This document shows positions 37,453 to 47,121 of a DNA stretch of 64,000 bases, one piece after another (position 1 is the first letter of the stretch; each line of letters begins with the position of its first letter). The notes under the pieces are model-generated. The model made no database searches. It was given only the letters and a program-made list of their open reading frames with translations, and had not been told where the DNA came from. Made by a program: the position numbers and the translations under genes. The stretch is from an uncultured delta proteobacterium (GTDB lineage: Bacteria > Myxococcota_A > Polyangia > Haliangiales > Haliangiaceae): contig CAWKDB010000010.1 in NCBI GenBank assembly GCA_963848295.1, positions 3,648,001-3,712,000 of the forward strand. Reading direction: 5' to 3'.

Positions 37453-38331
37453 ATGTCGCGCGCGCTGGCGGTGCTCACCGCTTGCTTGCTTGGCTTTTGG
37501 GCCCGCGGCGCGGCGGCCGATGTCGATACGAGCGTCCGCGATCTGAGCAACTCGGGCGCGGTGTACAAGGTGCGGCTCGCCGCCGCCCTCGCGCTGTCGA
37601 GGTCAAAGGATCCGCGCGCGGTGATCGGCCTCGCAGAAGGCTTGGAGCGGGATAGCGACGCGACGATCCGACGCGTGTGCGCGCTCGCGCTCGAGAAGAC
37701 GATGGACGGGAACACCGCCGACGATGCGAAGCAATTCGCCTTCGCCGCGCTCGACACGGCGGCGAAAGACGACGATGACGCGAAGGTCCGCGAGACCGCG
37801 GCCAGGACCGCGAAGGCGCTCGCGGCGCTGCGCAAGCGAAGGCCGTCGAGTACCGGCTCGGGCCCCAGACCCGAAGTGTTCGTCAACATCGACAAGACGA
37901 TGGATCAGTCGCGGCACGTGTCCGGCGAGGCGGCGGTGCGGCTGACCGCGATCGTCCGCAAGGGCGTCGAGGCGAAGACCGGGTACGCGACGAGCTGGCC
38001 GGGAGGACTGCCCAGCGCCGCCGACTTGACGTCGAGCAGGTCGCGCGCGTTCATCATCGCGTCGACCGTGAAGAAGGTCGACATCGAACGCATCGGCCAT
38101 CAGACGTCGATCGCGTGCACCGTCGCGATTCGCGTCGCGCCGTGGGGCGGCACCGATAGCGGCGAGAAGTGGGAGGCGAACAAGGTCGCGTCGGCGAGCG
38201 GCTCGGCCAAGGCGATGACGGGATCGAACGACCGAGACGTCGCGGGCGGCGTGCGCGACTGCCTCGAAGCGGTCGCGGAGGATGTCACGGTGCGCCAGAT
38301 CGTGCCGTTCTTGAAGAAGCTCGCGCAATAG
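37453..38331 (+). CDS. Secreted HEAT-repeat protein
   Basis: Signal peptide; repeats KVRLAAALAL, TIRRVCALAL, KVRETAARTA. Confidence 0.75.
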   Translation: MSRALAVLTACLLGFWARGAAADVDTSVRDLSNSGAVYKVRLAAALALSRSKDPRAVIGLAEGLERDSDATIRRVCALALEKTMDGNTADDAKQFAFAALDTAAKDDDDAKVRETAARTAKALAALRKRRPSSTGSGPRPEVFVNIDKTMDQSRHVSGEAAVRLTAIVRKGVEAKTGYATSWPGGLPSAADLTSSRSRAFIIASTVKKVDIERIGHQTSIACTVAIRVAPWGGTDSGEKWEANKVASASGSAKAMTGSNDRDVAGGVRDCLEAVAEDVTVRQIVPFLKKLAQ

Positions 38332-38399
38332 CCGGACGAGACCCGCCCTCGCCGCACGTCGGAGCCGACCGCGCCGCACGAATCTGCTAACAAGGCGGC

Positions 38400-40091
38400 A
38401 TGGACCCCGCGACGATCGCCGCGCTGCTGCGTGAGATCTCGACGTACTTCGAGCTCGAGGGCGATCGCCATCGCGCGGGCGCGTACGATCGGGCGGCGAA
38501 GTCGATCGAAGCAGCGAACGGGTTCCCGAAGCTCGTGCTCGAAGGTCGATTGCGCGAGCTGCCGGGCGTCGGCCCGTCGATCGAGAAGGTGGTCGCGGAC
38601 CTCGCGCAGACCGGGCGCAGCGAGGTGCTCGAGCGGCTGCGCGCGAAGTGGCCGGCGGTGATCGTCGAGCTGTCGCAGCTGCCCGCGGTCGGGGTGGTGC
38701 GCGCCGCCAAGCTCCACGCCGCCTTCGCGCCGAGCGATCTCGACGCGATCGCCGCGCTCGCGAGAGCCGGCGCGATTCGAGAGCTGCCCGGGTTCGGCGT
38801 GCTCAGCGAGGCGAAGATCCTGCGTGCGATCGAGGACCGCCACCTCGCGGGTGCGCGCGCGTTGCACGTCGATGCCGAGCAGCACGTGCTCGCGCTCGCC
38901 GAGTTCGTGCGCAGCGCGGCATCGCGCGTCGATGTCGCCGGCCCGGTGCGCCGGTGGCTCGAGATCTGCGATCATCTCGCGCTCGCGGTCGCGAGCGAGC
39001 ACGCCGAGCCGGTCGTCGAGCGACTGCGCGCGTATCCGCTCCTGACGTCGGTCGAGCAACCGAGCGCCACGCTCGCGATCGGCAAGCTCGCGGATGGCCT
39101 GCGCTGCGAGGTCCACATCGCGCCTGCCGCGCGCCACGGCTGGACGCTCGTCACCGCGACCGGCTCGCCCGAGCACGTGGCCGCGTTGCACGATCGAGCG
39201 CGACAGCGCGGCGTCGCGCTGGATAGCGGCGAGTTGCGCGACGAGGCCGCGGTCTACCGCGCGCTCGGCCTGCCGGTGATTCCACCGGAGCTGCGCGACG
39301 GCGCCGGCGAGCTCGCCGCCGCAGATCGCGGCGATGCGTTCGACGATCTCGTCACGCTCGCCGACGTGACGACCGCGTTTCACTGTCACACGACGTACAG
39401 CGATGGCAAGCAGTCGATCGAAGCGATGGCGAACGCCGCGCGCGAGCTCGGCATGCGCGGCATCACGATCACCGATCACTCCGCGGCGGCGAGCTACGCC
39501 GGCGGCATCGGCAGCGACGGTCTGCGCGCGCAAGCCGACGAGATCGCCGCGCTGCCCGATCTCGGCGTCAAGATCCTGCGCGGGATCGAGGCCGACATCC
39601 TGATCGACGGCCAGCTCGACGTACCGCACGAGCTGCTGCCGCACCTCGATCTCGTGATCGCCAGCGTCCATCAACGCCACAAGCTCGACGAGACGGCGAT
39701 GACGGCGCGCATCGTCACCGCGATGCGCCAGCCCCACTTCAAGATCTGGGGGCACGCGCTCGGCCGGCTCGTCATGCGTCGCGATCCGATCGCGATCCGC
39801 ATCGGCGAGGTGCTCGACGCGATCGCCGAGTCGCCCGCCGCGATCGAGCTCAACGGTGACCCGTATCGTCTCGATCTCGATCCGATCAATGCGCGACTCG
39901 CGGCGGCGCGAGGCATCAAGTTCGTCGTGTCGTCCGACGCGCACTCGACCAAAGGGCTCGAAGCGGTGCGCTGGGCGGTCGCGATGGCTCGCCGCGCTCG
40001 GTTGCGGCCGCGCGACGTGCTCAACACGCTTCCGCCGGACGAGCTGGCGGACCACATCGCTCCGCACGCGGTCGTTACCAGAACGCGATGA
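38400..40091 (+). CDS. polX: PolX-PHP protein (polymerase site apparently degenerate, PHP domain intact)
   Basis: HhH motifs LPGVG and LPGFG; ATGSPEH; IPPELRD; PHP motifs HCHTTYSDG, TDHS, GIEADI, ASVH, WGH, SDAH. Confidence 0.9.
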   Translation: MDPATIAALLREISTYFELEGDRHRAGAYDRAAKSIEAANGFPKLVLEGRLRELPGVGPSIEKVVADLAQTGRSEVLERLRAKWPAVIVELSQLPAVGVVRAAKLHAAFAPSDLDAIAALARAGAIRELPGFGVLSEAKILRAIEDRHLAGARALHVDAEQHVLALAEFVRSAASRVDVAGPVRRWLEICDHLALAVASEHAEPVVERLRAYPLLTSVEQPSATLAIGKLADGLRCEVHIAPAARHGWTLVTATGSPEHVAALHDRARQRGVALDSGELRDEAAVYRALGLPVIPPELRDGAGELAAADRGDAFDDLVTLADVTTAFHCHTTYSDGKQSIEAMANAARELGMRGITITDHSAAASYAGGIGSDGLRAQADEIAALPDLGVKILRGIEADILIDGQLDVPHELLPHLDLVIASVHQRHKLDETAMTARIVTAMRQPHFKIWGHALGRLVMRRDPIAIRIGEVLDAIAESPAAIELNGDPYRLDLDPINARLAAARGIKFVVSSDAHSTKGLEAVRWAVAMARRARLRPRDVLNTLPPDELADHIAPHAVVTRTR

Positions 40092-41229
40092 TCGCGAGCG
40101 GCACGAGCGCCCACGAGATCGGCACGAACAGAGGCTGATGCAACACGCCGATCGCGGCGAGCGCCGACACCGCGAGCAAGCCCGCGACGCGGATGCGCGC
40201 GTAACGGCGCCGGCTGGTCGGTGAGAACAACGGCAGCGCGAGATCGAGCGGCACGAGCACGAGCACGACTTCGTTCCAGCGCAGCGCCGGGATCGACGAC
40301 AGCGCGACGAGCGACCAGATCACGAGTCCCCACAGCCCGAGGTAGAACGTCGTCCAGCCGAGCGCGAGCCGTTCGAACCGTCGCCGCCAGCGCGCGAGTC
40401 CGATCGGCAGGGCGCAGGCGAGCCCGATCACGAACATCGCGAGTCGCCCGGTCGAGCCCTCGGTCGGAAACGGCGGCGCCTTGCGCGCGTTGACGCGCAC
40501 CGGCGTCGCGCCGAGCTCGACCGAGACTTGGTGGCGCAGCACGTCAGGATAGAACATCGCCTGCCACACCGTCGGCGTCGCGTCGACCGTTCGCCCGGCG
40601 ATGAAGTCGGCGAGCGCGTACAGCGCCGGCAGCTCGACCAAGCCGCGATGGCCGAGCTGGCGAAACGTGAGCGGATAGTCGGCGGTCGCGCCCGCACGCA
40701 ACTTGCCGCCGACCGCTTCGTCGATCACGTCGCGCAGTCGCGTCGTGCAGTTGTCGAAGAAATGATCGTAGTCGTACTCGCGATTCGCGGGCTCGAGCGC
40801 GCGATGCAGCGCGGCTTCGATCATGCGTCGTTGCCCGGGCGTCAGTGCGAGGTCTTGCCGCCAGATGTCGCGATCCTCGCGCTCGTAGAACCCGAGCATC
40901 GTCCCCCAATTCTCGGGGTCGACCCAGAACCGCTGGGTGCCGCGCAAGAAGTTCCACGTCAGCCCCCAACCGCTGTCGAAATCGGTGACGCCGTAGTTGA
41001 AGCACACCGCACGCGCGTCGTCGGGGCCGTAACGCAAGCATAGTGCGGCGTGACCGAAGCGCTCGAAGATCCGGTCGCCGGGCCCGAACGTGAACAGCTC
41101 GACATCGGGCGCCTCCGCGCTCGACGGCAGCGTCGCCGGATCGATCGGCGCCGGCTGAGCGCGCGCCTCGCGCGACGACGCAGCCGAAGCGACGACGGCG
41201 ATGGCGATGGCCACCGCGTGGCGCATCAC
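40075..41229 (-). CDS. DUF4105 / Lnb-like membrane protein
   Basis: FGHAAL, FNYGVTDF, YDYDHFFDNCTT; C-terminal TM helices. Confidence 0.85.
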   Translation of the reverse strand: MMRHAVAIAIAVVASAASSREARAQPAPIDPATLPSSAEAPDVELFTFGPGDRIFERFGHAALCLRYGPDDARAVCFNYGVTDFDSGWGLTWNFLRGTQRFWVDPENWGTMLGFYEREDRDIWRQDLALTPGQRRMIEAALHRALEPANREYDYDHFFDNCTTRLRDVIDEAVGGKLRAGATADYPLTFRQLGHRGLVELPALYALADFIAGRTVDATPTVWQAMFYPDVLRHQVSVELGATPVRVNARKAPPFPTEGSTGRLAMFVIGLACALPIGLARWRRRFERLALGWTTFYLGLWGLVIWSLVALSSIPALRWNEVVLVLVPLDLALPLFSPTSRRRYARIRVAGLLAVSALAAIGVLHQPLFVPISWALVPLAIIAFW

Positions 41230-43475
41230 GGGGCAGCTGGCTTCTTGAACAACCCAGGGTCCAGCTTCGGATCGATCTCGACCTTGCCGACCTCGAGGTC
41301 GGTCGTGCGCCCGAGCGTCGTGCTCAGCCGTTTGTGCGCGACCTTCACGCCGGACTCGTCTTTGTATTCGCCGAAGTCATCGGTCTCCGACACGGTCTGG
41401 CCTTTGGGGCCTTTGTCCGAGAACGACATCCGGCTCATCAGCTTCGTCTTGCGATCGAGGTAGATCTGGACGTCGAGGCCGACGTACGGCGAGCCCAACC
41501 GGAACACCGCATTCGGCTTGCCGTCGACGGTCTCGTCCGGCAACGGCGTGAGCTTCGCCGCCGGATCCAGCGCCTTCATCAGCAGGAACTCGGGGTCGCG
41601 CCAGCGCTCGAAGTCGACCTGCGCGATCTCTTCGCCGCTGATGTCGCGCAGCTCGCTCTTCGTCGGGTCTTTTTGACCCGGCGCGAGCTGCCAGCCGGTG
41701 CGGCCATCGACCGCGATCGTGACTTTGACTTGGCCGGCGAGCGTCGCGTCGATGCGCATCTTGTCGGGCATGACGAGCACGCGCTCGATCGTGACCGGGA
41801 CCGACTGGCCCTGGATCGACGTCGTGCCGCTCGCGCTCAGCTTCAATGCCTTCATGCCCGCTAACCTTGCCTTGCCACCTTTCGCGGCCACGGCCTCGGC
41901 GATCAGCTTGTGCAACGCCGCCATCGCCTTCGCATCGGCGGGCGGAGCCACCTGCTCGAAGTCGGGCGAGACCGGGTCGGTAAACGCGACCTTCTCGTAG
42001 CGCCAGCCTTCTTTCTTGAGTTGCGGCTCGAGGTCTTTCGCATCGCCGACCAGCACGATCACGTAGTCGTGAGGCGCGAGGATCTCGGCCGCCGCTTGCT
42101 TGGCGGCCGCGACGTCGACCTTGCCGACCGCGAGCGGATAGTTCGTCAGGTACTCGGTCCCGAAGCCGTGGAGCTCGGCACCGATCAGCGCGGAGCCGAC
42201 GTCGCCGGCGGTCTGGAATCGCATCGCGTAGCTGCCCGCGAGGTTCGCGACGGCAGCGCTGACCTCGTCTTGCGTCGGGCCATCCTTCGCCATCTTCGCG
42301 ATCTCCTTGAGCATGATCTTGGTGGTCGCGAGCGCTTCGGCGTTGCGCGTGAACGTCTGGAACACGAACGAGCCTTTGTCGAGGTTGCGATCGAAGCTCG
42401 AGCTCGCGCCGTAGCTCTTGCCACCTTCGACCCGGACCGCTTTCATCAGCCGCGAGCTGAACACGCCGCCGCCGAGCGCGTAGTTCCAGACCAGCGTGTC
42501 GAAGAACCGCGGATCGTCATGGCGGATGCCGAACTGGGCGATCCGGATATGGGTCTGCGTCTGGCCCGGCTTGTCGACGAGCCGGATCCGGATCCCGGAC
42601 AGCCCGGGCTCCGGATACGTCGGCGACGGCGGCACCACGGTCTTCTTCCAACCGGAGAACGCACGCTCGAGCTCGGTCTTGAGCTTCTTGGGATCGATGT
42701 CGCCCGCGATCACGAGCATCGAGTTGTTCGGCGCGAACCAGGCCTTGTGCCATGCGACGACGTCATCGCGACGGATCGAGCTGACCGACTGCTCGCTGTT
42801 GATCCAACCGCGGACGTGGTCGTTGCCCCACAACAGATTCTGCACGTGCTCGGACGCGAGCGCGCCGGCGTCGTCGGTGCGCGCCCGCACCGACCCGAGC
42901 ATGTTGTCCTTGACCTTCGTGAGCTCGGCTTCGGGAAACGTCGGCTGCGTGATCATCTCGGGCAGCAACTGGAGACATGTGTCGAGGTTGCGCGACAGCA
43001 CGCGGCACGACACGAGCGTGGCCTCGAACGTCGCTTCGGCGCCGATCGTGCCGCCGACGAAGTCGATCGCTTTCGCGAGCGCGAGCGCGTCGTGCTTCTT
43101 CGTGCCCTTGACCAGCATGTCCGCGGTCGCCTCGGCGACACCGAGCCGAGCGTGCGGCTCTTGCATGCGACCGGCGCGAACCGCGAGCTGGACGCTGACC
43201 ACCGGCAGCTTGTCGCTCTTGATCAGATAGACTTGCAGCCCGTTCGACAGCTTGAGCTCTTCGATCGCCGGCAGCTCGACGCGAGTCGGAGGCTTCGCGG
43301 CGGGCGGCACGATCAGATCGGTGCGTTCGGCCCAGGCGTCGTTCGGCTTGGTCTTCGGCGGTGGCGGCTTCGCGACGTTCGCGTCGCCGTCGCCCGGCAA
43401 CTGGGGAATCGGCGGCGGCGGGATCTTCGGGCCACAGCTCGCGACGATCGCGAGCACGACGATGAGCTTGTTCAC
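41226..43475 (-). CDS. M16 peptidase non-catalytic subunit (lipoprotein) fused to a LolA-like C-terminal domain
   Basis: Lipobox VASC; LSNGL; GVAEATADML in place of HxxEH; GGGVFSSRL; extra C-terminal beta-rich domain (PDKMRID...YLDRKTKLM). Confidence 0.85.
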   Translation of the reverse strand: MNKLIVVLAIVASCGPKIPPPPIPQLPGDGDANVAKPPPPKTKPNDAWAERTDLIVPPAAKPPTRVELPAIEELKLSNGLQVYLIKSDKLPVVSVQLAVRAGRMQEPHARLGVAEATADMLVKGTKKHDALALAKAIDFVGGTIGAEATFEATLVSCRVLSRNLDTCLQLLPEMITQPTFPEAELTKVKDNMLGSVRARTDDAGALASEHVQNLLWGNDHVRGWINSEQSVSSIRRDDVVAWHKAWFAPNNSMLVIAGDIDPKKLKTELERAFSGWKKTVVPPSPTYPEPGLSGIRIRLVDKPGQTQTHIRIAQFGIRHDDPRFFDTLVWNYALGGGVFSSRLMKAVRVEGGKSYGASSSFDRNLDKGSFVFQTFTRNAEALATTKIMLKEIAKMAKDGPTQDEVSAAVANLAGSYAMRFQTAGDVGSALIGAELHGFGTEYLTNYPLAVGKVDVAAAKQAAAEILAPHDYVIVLVGDAKDLEPQLKKEGWRYEKVAFTDPVSPDFEQVAPPADAKAMAALHKLIAEAVAAKGGKARLAGMKALKLSASGTTSIQGQSVPVTIERVLVMPDKMRIDATLAGQVKVTIAVDGRTGWQLAPGQKDPTKSELRDISGEEIAQVDFERWRDPEFLLMKALDPAAKLTPLPDETVDGKPNAVFRLGSPYVGLDVQIYLDRKTKLMSRMSFSDKGPKGQTVSETDDFGEYKDESGVKVAHKRLSTTLGRTTDLEVGKVEIDPKLDPGLFKKPAAP

Positions 43476-43476
43476 G

Positions 43477-44814
43477 TTAGTGCCCCTTCGGCGGAATCAC
43501 GACGATCGTCGCTTTGTCCGTCGTCAAGTATTGCTTGACCACGCGCTGGACGTCCGCGGCGGTGACCTTCTCGATCTCGTCGGCGTCGTGCAGAAACGAG
43601 GTCGCATCGCCGGTGAGAACCCACGAGCGGCCGATCGCCTCGGCGAGACCTTGCGCGTGCTCGAGCGAGAACAGAAAGCCGGACTGGACTTGATTCTTCG
43701 CCTTGCGCAGCTCTTCTGCGGTCGGCGGATTCGTGGCGAGCTTCTGCACCTCATCGATCACGGCGGCCTCGACCGGGTCCGCGTTCTCGGGTCGCAGGTA
43801 GGCGCCGAGCGCGATCCACATGCCTGGATCCTCGCGGACGATCGCTTCGGTGCCGCCGTCGAGGCCGATCGCCTTCTGCTTGCCGACGCCGCGGATCCGC
43901 AGCTTGAGCCGCGACGCATCCCCGGCGCCGAGGACGATCGACGCGACTTGCAGCGCGAACACGTCTTTGTCCTTCGCGGCCGGGATGTGCCAGCCGACGA
44001 GCGCGAGCCCGATCTGACCGGGCTCGACGACCTCGCGACGCTTCGCGGTCTGGGCGGGCTCGGGATTCGTCGCGGCTGGACGCGGCGGAGGCTCGCCCTT
44101 GGGGATCGGGCCGAACCATTTCTCGGCCGACGCTCTCACCGCCGCCGCGGTCGTGTTGCCGACCACGACGAGCAGCGCGTTGTTCGGCTGGTAGTACGCG
44201 TCGTAGAACTTGCGCAGATCCTCGGCCGTGGTCGCGTCGAGATCGGCGATCGTGCCCGCCGCGGTCCACGCGTACGGATGCTTGGTGTAGGCGACCGCGA
44301 GGAACCGCAGGAAGCCTTTCGCGATCGGCGAGTTGTCCTGCTGGCGGATCTCTTCTTTGACGACCTCCTTCTCGGTCGTGATCATGTCTTTGCGAAACAG
44401 CAAGCCACGCATCCGCTCGGCTTCGAGCTGGAGCGCGAAGTCGAGATAATCCGCCGGGACGTTATCGATGTAGTGGGTCGCGTCCTCTTCGGTCGTCGCG
44501 TTCACGTACCCGCCGATGCCGGTGATGAACTGGGCGTGCGCCTCGGGGCGGACGTGGGTCGTGCCCTTGAACATCATGTGCTCGAACATGTGGGCCGAGC
44601 CGCGGCGATCGCGAGGCTCGTCTTTGCTGCCGGCGTGGTACCAGAGCTGAATCGCGACGATCGGCGAGGCCTCGTCGTGAATCACCGCGACCTGCAGGCC
44701 GTTGGCGAGCGTGAACTGCTCGATCGAAGGCAGCGTGGCGATCGGCGTGGTCGGGGTCGCGCCGGCAGCGGATCCGACGAGCGCGACGATGAGGAACGAC
44801 AGCAGACGTTTCAT
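43477..44814 (-). CDS. M16 zinc peptidase catalytic subunit
   Basis: Signal peptide; LANGL; AHMFEHMMFKG (HxxEH); YYQPNN. Confidence 0.93.
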   Translation of the reverse strand: MKRLLSFLIVALVGSAAGATPTTPIATLPSIEQFTLANGLQVAVIHDEASPIVAIQLWYHAGSKDEPRDRRGSAHMFEHMMFKGTTHVRPEAHAQFITGIGGYVNATTEEDATHYIDNVPADYLDFALQLEAERMRGLLFRKDMITTEKEVVKEEIRQQDNSPIAKGFLRFLAVAYTKHPYAWTAAGTIADLDATTAEDLRKFYDAYYQPNNALLVVVGNTTAAAVRASAEKWFGPIPKGEPPPRPAATNPEPAQTAKRREVVEPGQIGLALVGWHIPAAKDKDVFALQVASIVLGAGDASRLKLRIRGVGKQKAIGLDGGTEAIVREDPGMWIALGAYLRPENADPVEAAVIDEVQKLATNPPTAEELRKAKNQVQSGFLFSLEHAQGLAEAIGRSWVLTGDATSFLHDADEIEKVTAADVQRVVKQYLTTDKATIVVIPPKGH

Positions 44815-44883
44815 AGCGAGCTCCTACGAGGCGCGGACACTACCGCACCAGATCGCCGCCGCCAGTCAATGGATGCCCGTCCA

Positions 44884-44956
44884 GGCACTTAGAGACAGAA
44901 CGGGGCACTTTGGTACGTTAACCGAGAGTTCACCCCAATCGGAATTATCCCGATTG
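44884..44956. promoter_or_regulatory. Putative operator sites in a divergent intergenic region
   Basis: GGCACTT direct repeats at 44884 and 44904 (20-nt spacing); inverted repeat CAATCGG-N7-CCGATTG at 44936-44956. Confidence 0.45.
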
Positions 44957-45029
44957 ACTGGAAATGGAACCCGTTGCACAGTGCTGCCACAACGAGGCGG
45001 GGTGTTCCCCGAGTGAAGGAGAGGTTGCC

Positions 45030-45257
45030 GTGCCACGAGTGCAGATGACCCAGGACGATGGGCGGATTATTGACGTAACCGGCGTGAAGGTCTTTTCGGC
45101 GACCAAAGCGAAAGAGCGCGAGTTGCTCGGCGAGCTCATCACCGACTGGATCCGCAGTCACCCCGAGCACGAGATCGTGGACAAGATCGTGACCCAGTCG
45201 TCCGATTCCGAGTTCCACTGCCTCACGATCACGTTGTTCTACAAGCACAAAGCGTAG
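45030..45257 (+). CDS. Small hypothetical protein (75 aa)
   Basis: GAAGGAGAGG Shine-Dalgarno before GTG; TGVKVFSATKAKERE...QSSDSEFHCLTITLFY recalled from myxobacterial small proteins. Confidence 0.8.
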   Translation: MPRVQMTQDDGRIIDVTGVKVFSATKAKERELLGELITDWIRSHPEHEIVDKIVTQSSDSEFHCLTITLFYKHKA

Positions 45258-45300
45258 CGCTTGATCCGAGCCCGGGGATCGGGTACCAACCCACGCTCCC

Positions 45301-45528
45301 ATGGAGAACACGTTCGGAAAGCCCGTCGAGGTTGAAGTCCGCGACAGCCTCGAGAAGGCGATGAAGATTCTCAAGCAGAAGATGTCCAAGGAGGGCATCC
45401 TGCAAGAGCTCAAGCGTCGCCGGTTCTACGAGAAGCCGTCGGTCAAGAAGAAGCGGAAGACGCGCGAGGCGCGCAAGCGGCTGCGCCGCGAGATGAAGCG
45501 GCGGATCACGCCGGCTCCGCCGCGCTAG
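45301..45528 (+). CDS. rpsU: 30S ribosomal protein S21
   Basis: LEKAMKILK...EGILQELKRRRFYEKPS. Confidence 0.95.
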   Translation: MENTFGKPVEVEVRDSLEKAMKILKQKMSKEGILQELKRRRFYEKPSVKKKRKTREARKRLRREMKRRITPAPPR

Positions 45529-45539
45529 TTGTAGCGACG

Positions 45540-46400
45540 ATGACTTGGGTTGAGGTCATCGTGTCGGTCGGCGCGGCCGATATCGATGACATCGCGGCGC
45601 TCGTGGCCGCCGAAGTTCCTGCCGCTGCCGCAGGGACCGAGCAGCGCGGCGACGAAGTGGTGTTCTGGGTCGACGAGGCCGACGCACCGGCCGCACTCGA
45701 TCAGGCGCGCGATGCGGTCACTCGCTGGGCCGCTGGAGGCGCTGCGGTCGACCCGACGCGCGTGCGAATCGCCGCCGCGATGCCGGAGGCCGAGTGGCGC
45801 GACGCATGGAAGCGCTACTTCAAGGTCAGCCGGCTGACTCGGCAGATCGTCGTCGTACCGAGCTGGGAAGCGCACGAGGCCGCGCCCGGCGAGGTCGTGA
45901 TCGATCTCGATCCGGGCATGGCATTCGGCACGGGCACGCATGCGAGCACGCGCCTCGTGCTCGAGCACCTCCAGGCGATGTCGGATGCCGGCGTGAGGCC
46001 GGCGCGAGTGCTCGACGTCGGGTGCGGCTCGGGCATCCTCGCGATCGCGGCGGTCAAGCTGTGGCCCGGCGCGACGTGCCTCGCGATCGACAATGATCCG
46101 ATCGCGATCGCGGCGACCGCCGAGAATGCGGCGCACAATCGCGTCGGCGAGCAGATCGAGACGAGCTTGCCGCTCGATGTCGTCGAGCGATTTCCGATCG
46201 TGCTCGCGAACATCCAAGCGCACGTGCTGCGCGAGCTGCGCGAGTGGCTGATCGCGCGATGCTCCGGCACGCTCGTGTTATCGGGGCTGCTGACCCCGCA
46301 AGCCGAGCCGCTCGCGGCGGAGTTCGTCGGCATGCGCGTCGTGACGATTCGCCCGAGCAGCGATGATCCCCAGTGGTCGGTCGCGGTGTTGTCGGTTTGA
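45540..46400 (+). CDS. prmA: Ribosomal protein L11 methyltransferase
   Basis: LDPGMAFGTGTHAST, LDVGCGSGILAI, LANI. Confidence 0.95.
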   Translation: MTWVEVIVSVGAADIDDIAALVAAEVPAAAAGTEQRGDEVVFWVDEADAPAALDQARDAVTRWAAGGAAVDPTRVRIAAAMPEAEWRDAWKRYFKVSRLTRQIVVVPSWEAHEAAPGEVVIDLDPGMAFGTGTHASTRLVLEHLQAMSDAGVRPARVLDVGCGSGILAIAAVKLWPGATCLAIDNDPIAIAATAENAAHNRVGEQIETSLPLDVVERFPIVLANIQAHVLRELREWLIARCSGTLVLSGLLTPQAEPLAAEFVGMRVVTIRPSSDDPQWSVAVLSV

Positions 46401-47107
46401 GAATCTTCGTCGCGCCGGAGTTGCTCGTCGCCGGCGAAGTCGCGGTGCGCGGTGACGAGCACCATTATGTCGGCGTGGTCCGGCGGGCGCGAGTCGGTGA
46501 CGCGGTCGAGCTCGTCGACGGCGCCGGTCGGCGAGCGAGCGGTGAGATCGTCGCGATCACCGGCGACGAGACTCGCGTGCGTGTCGCCGCGGTCCAAGCC
46601 GTCGTCGTGGCGCCGCCTCACGTCCGCGTGCTCGTGCCGTGGATCAAGGGCGAGCGCATGGATCAGTGCCTCGAGAAGCTCGTCGAGGTCGGCGCCGACG
46701 CGATCGTCGTGTGGCCGGCCGCTCGCGGCGTCGTCAAGCTCGACCGCGACCGTCTCGCAGCCCGGATCGGCAAAGCCAGAGCCGCGGCGCAGGCGGCGGC
46801 TCGGCAATCGGGGAGGGCCGCGGTGCCTCTCGTCACGAGCGCGGATTCACTTGTCGCCGCGGTCGCCGCGCTCCCTGCCGATGGCCTGCGGTTCGCGCTC
46901 GATCCGTGTGCCGATCGCGCCGAGCTGCCGTCGCTGTGCCCGGACGTCACGTTCGCGAGCGGTCCCGAAGGCGGCTTCACCAGCGGCGAGCTCGATGCGT
47001 TATTCGCCGCGGGCTTCGCGCCGCTCGGCCTGGGCCCGCGGACGCTGCGCGCCGAGACCGCACCGGTCGTCGCGGTCGCGCTCGTTCGCGCCGCGACGCG
47101 GAGCTAG
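46397..47107 (+). CDS. rsmE: 16S rRNA m3U1498 methyltransferase
   Basis: TTG overlapping the prmA stop; EKLVEVG, AARQSGR, GPEGGF, LGPRTLRAETA. Confidence 0.95.
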   Translation: MRIFVAPELLVAGEVAVRGDEHHYVGVVRRARVGDAVELVDGAGRRASGEIVAITGDETRVRVAAVQAVVVAPPHVRVLVPWIKGERMDQCLEKLVEVGADAIVVWPAARGVVKLDRDRLAARIGKARAAAQAAARQSGRAAVPLVTSADSLVAAVAALPADGLRFALDPCADRAELPSLCPDVTFASGPEGGFTSGELDALFAAGFAPLGLGPRTLRAETAPVVAVALVRAATRS

Positions 47108-47121
47108 TAGACTCGGCCGTG

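Noticed and set aside
44965..44978. Sigma54 promoter TGGAACCCGTTGCA
   Set aside because: GG-to-GC spacing is 8 nt rather than the required 10.
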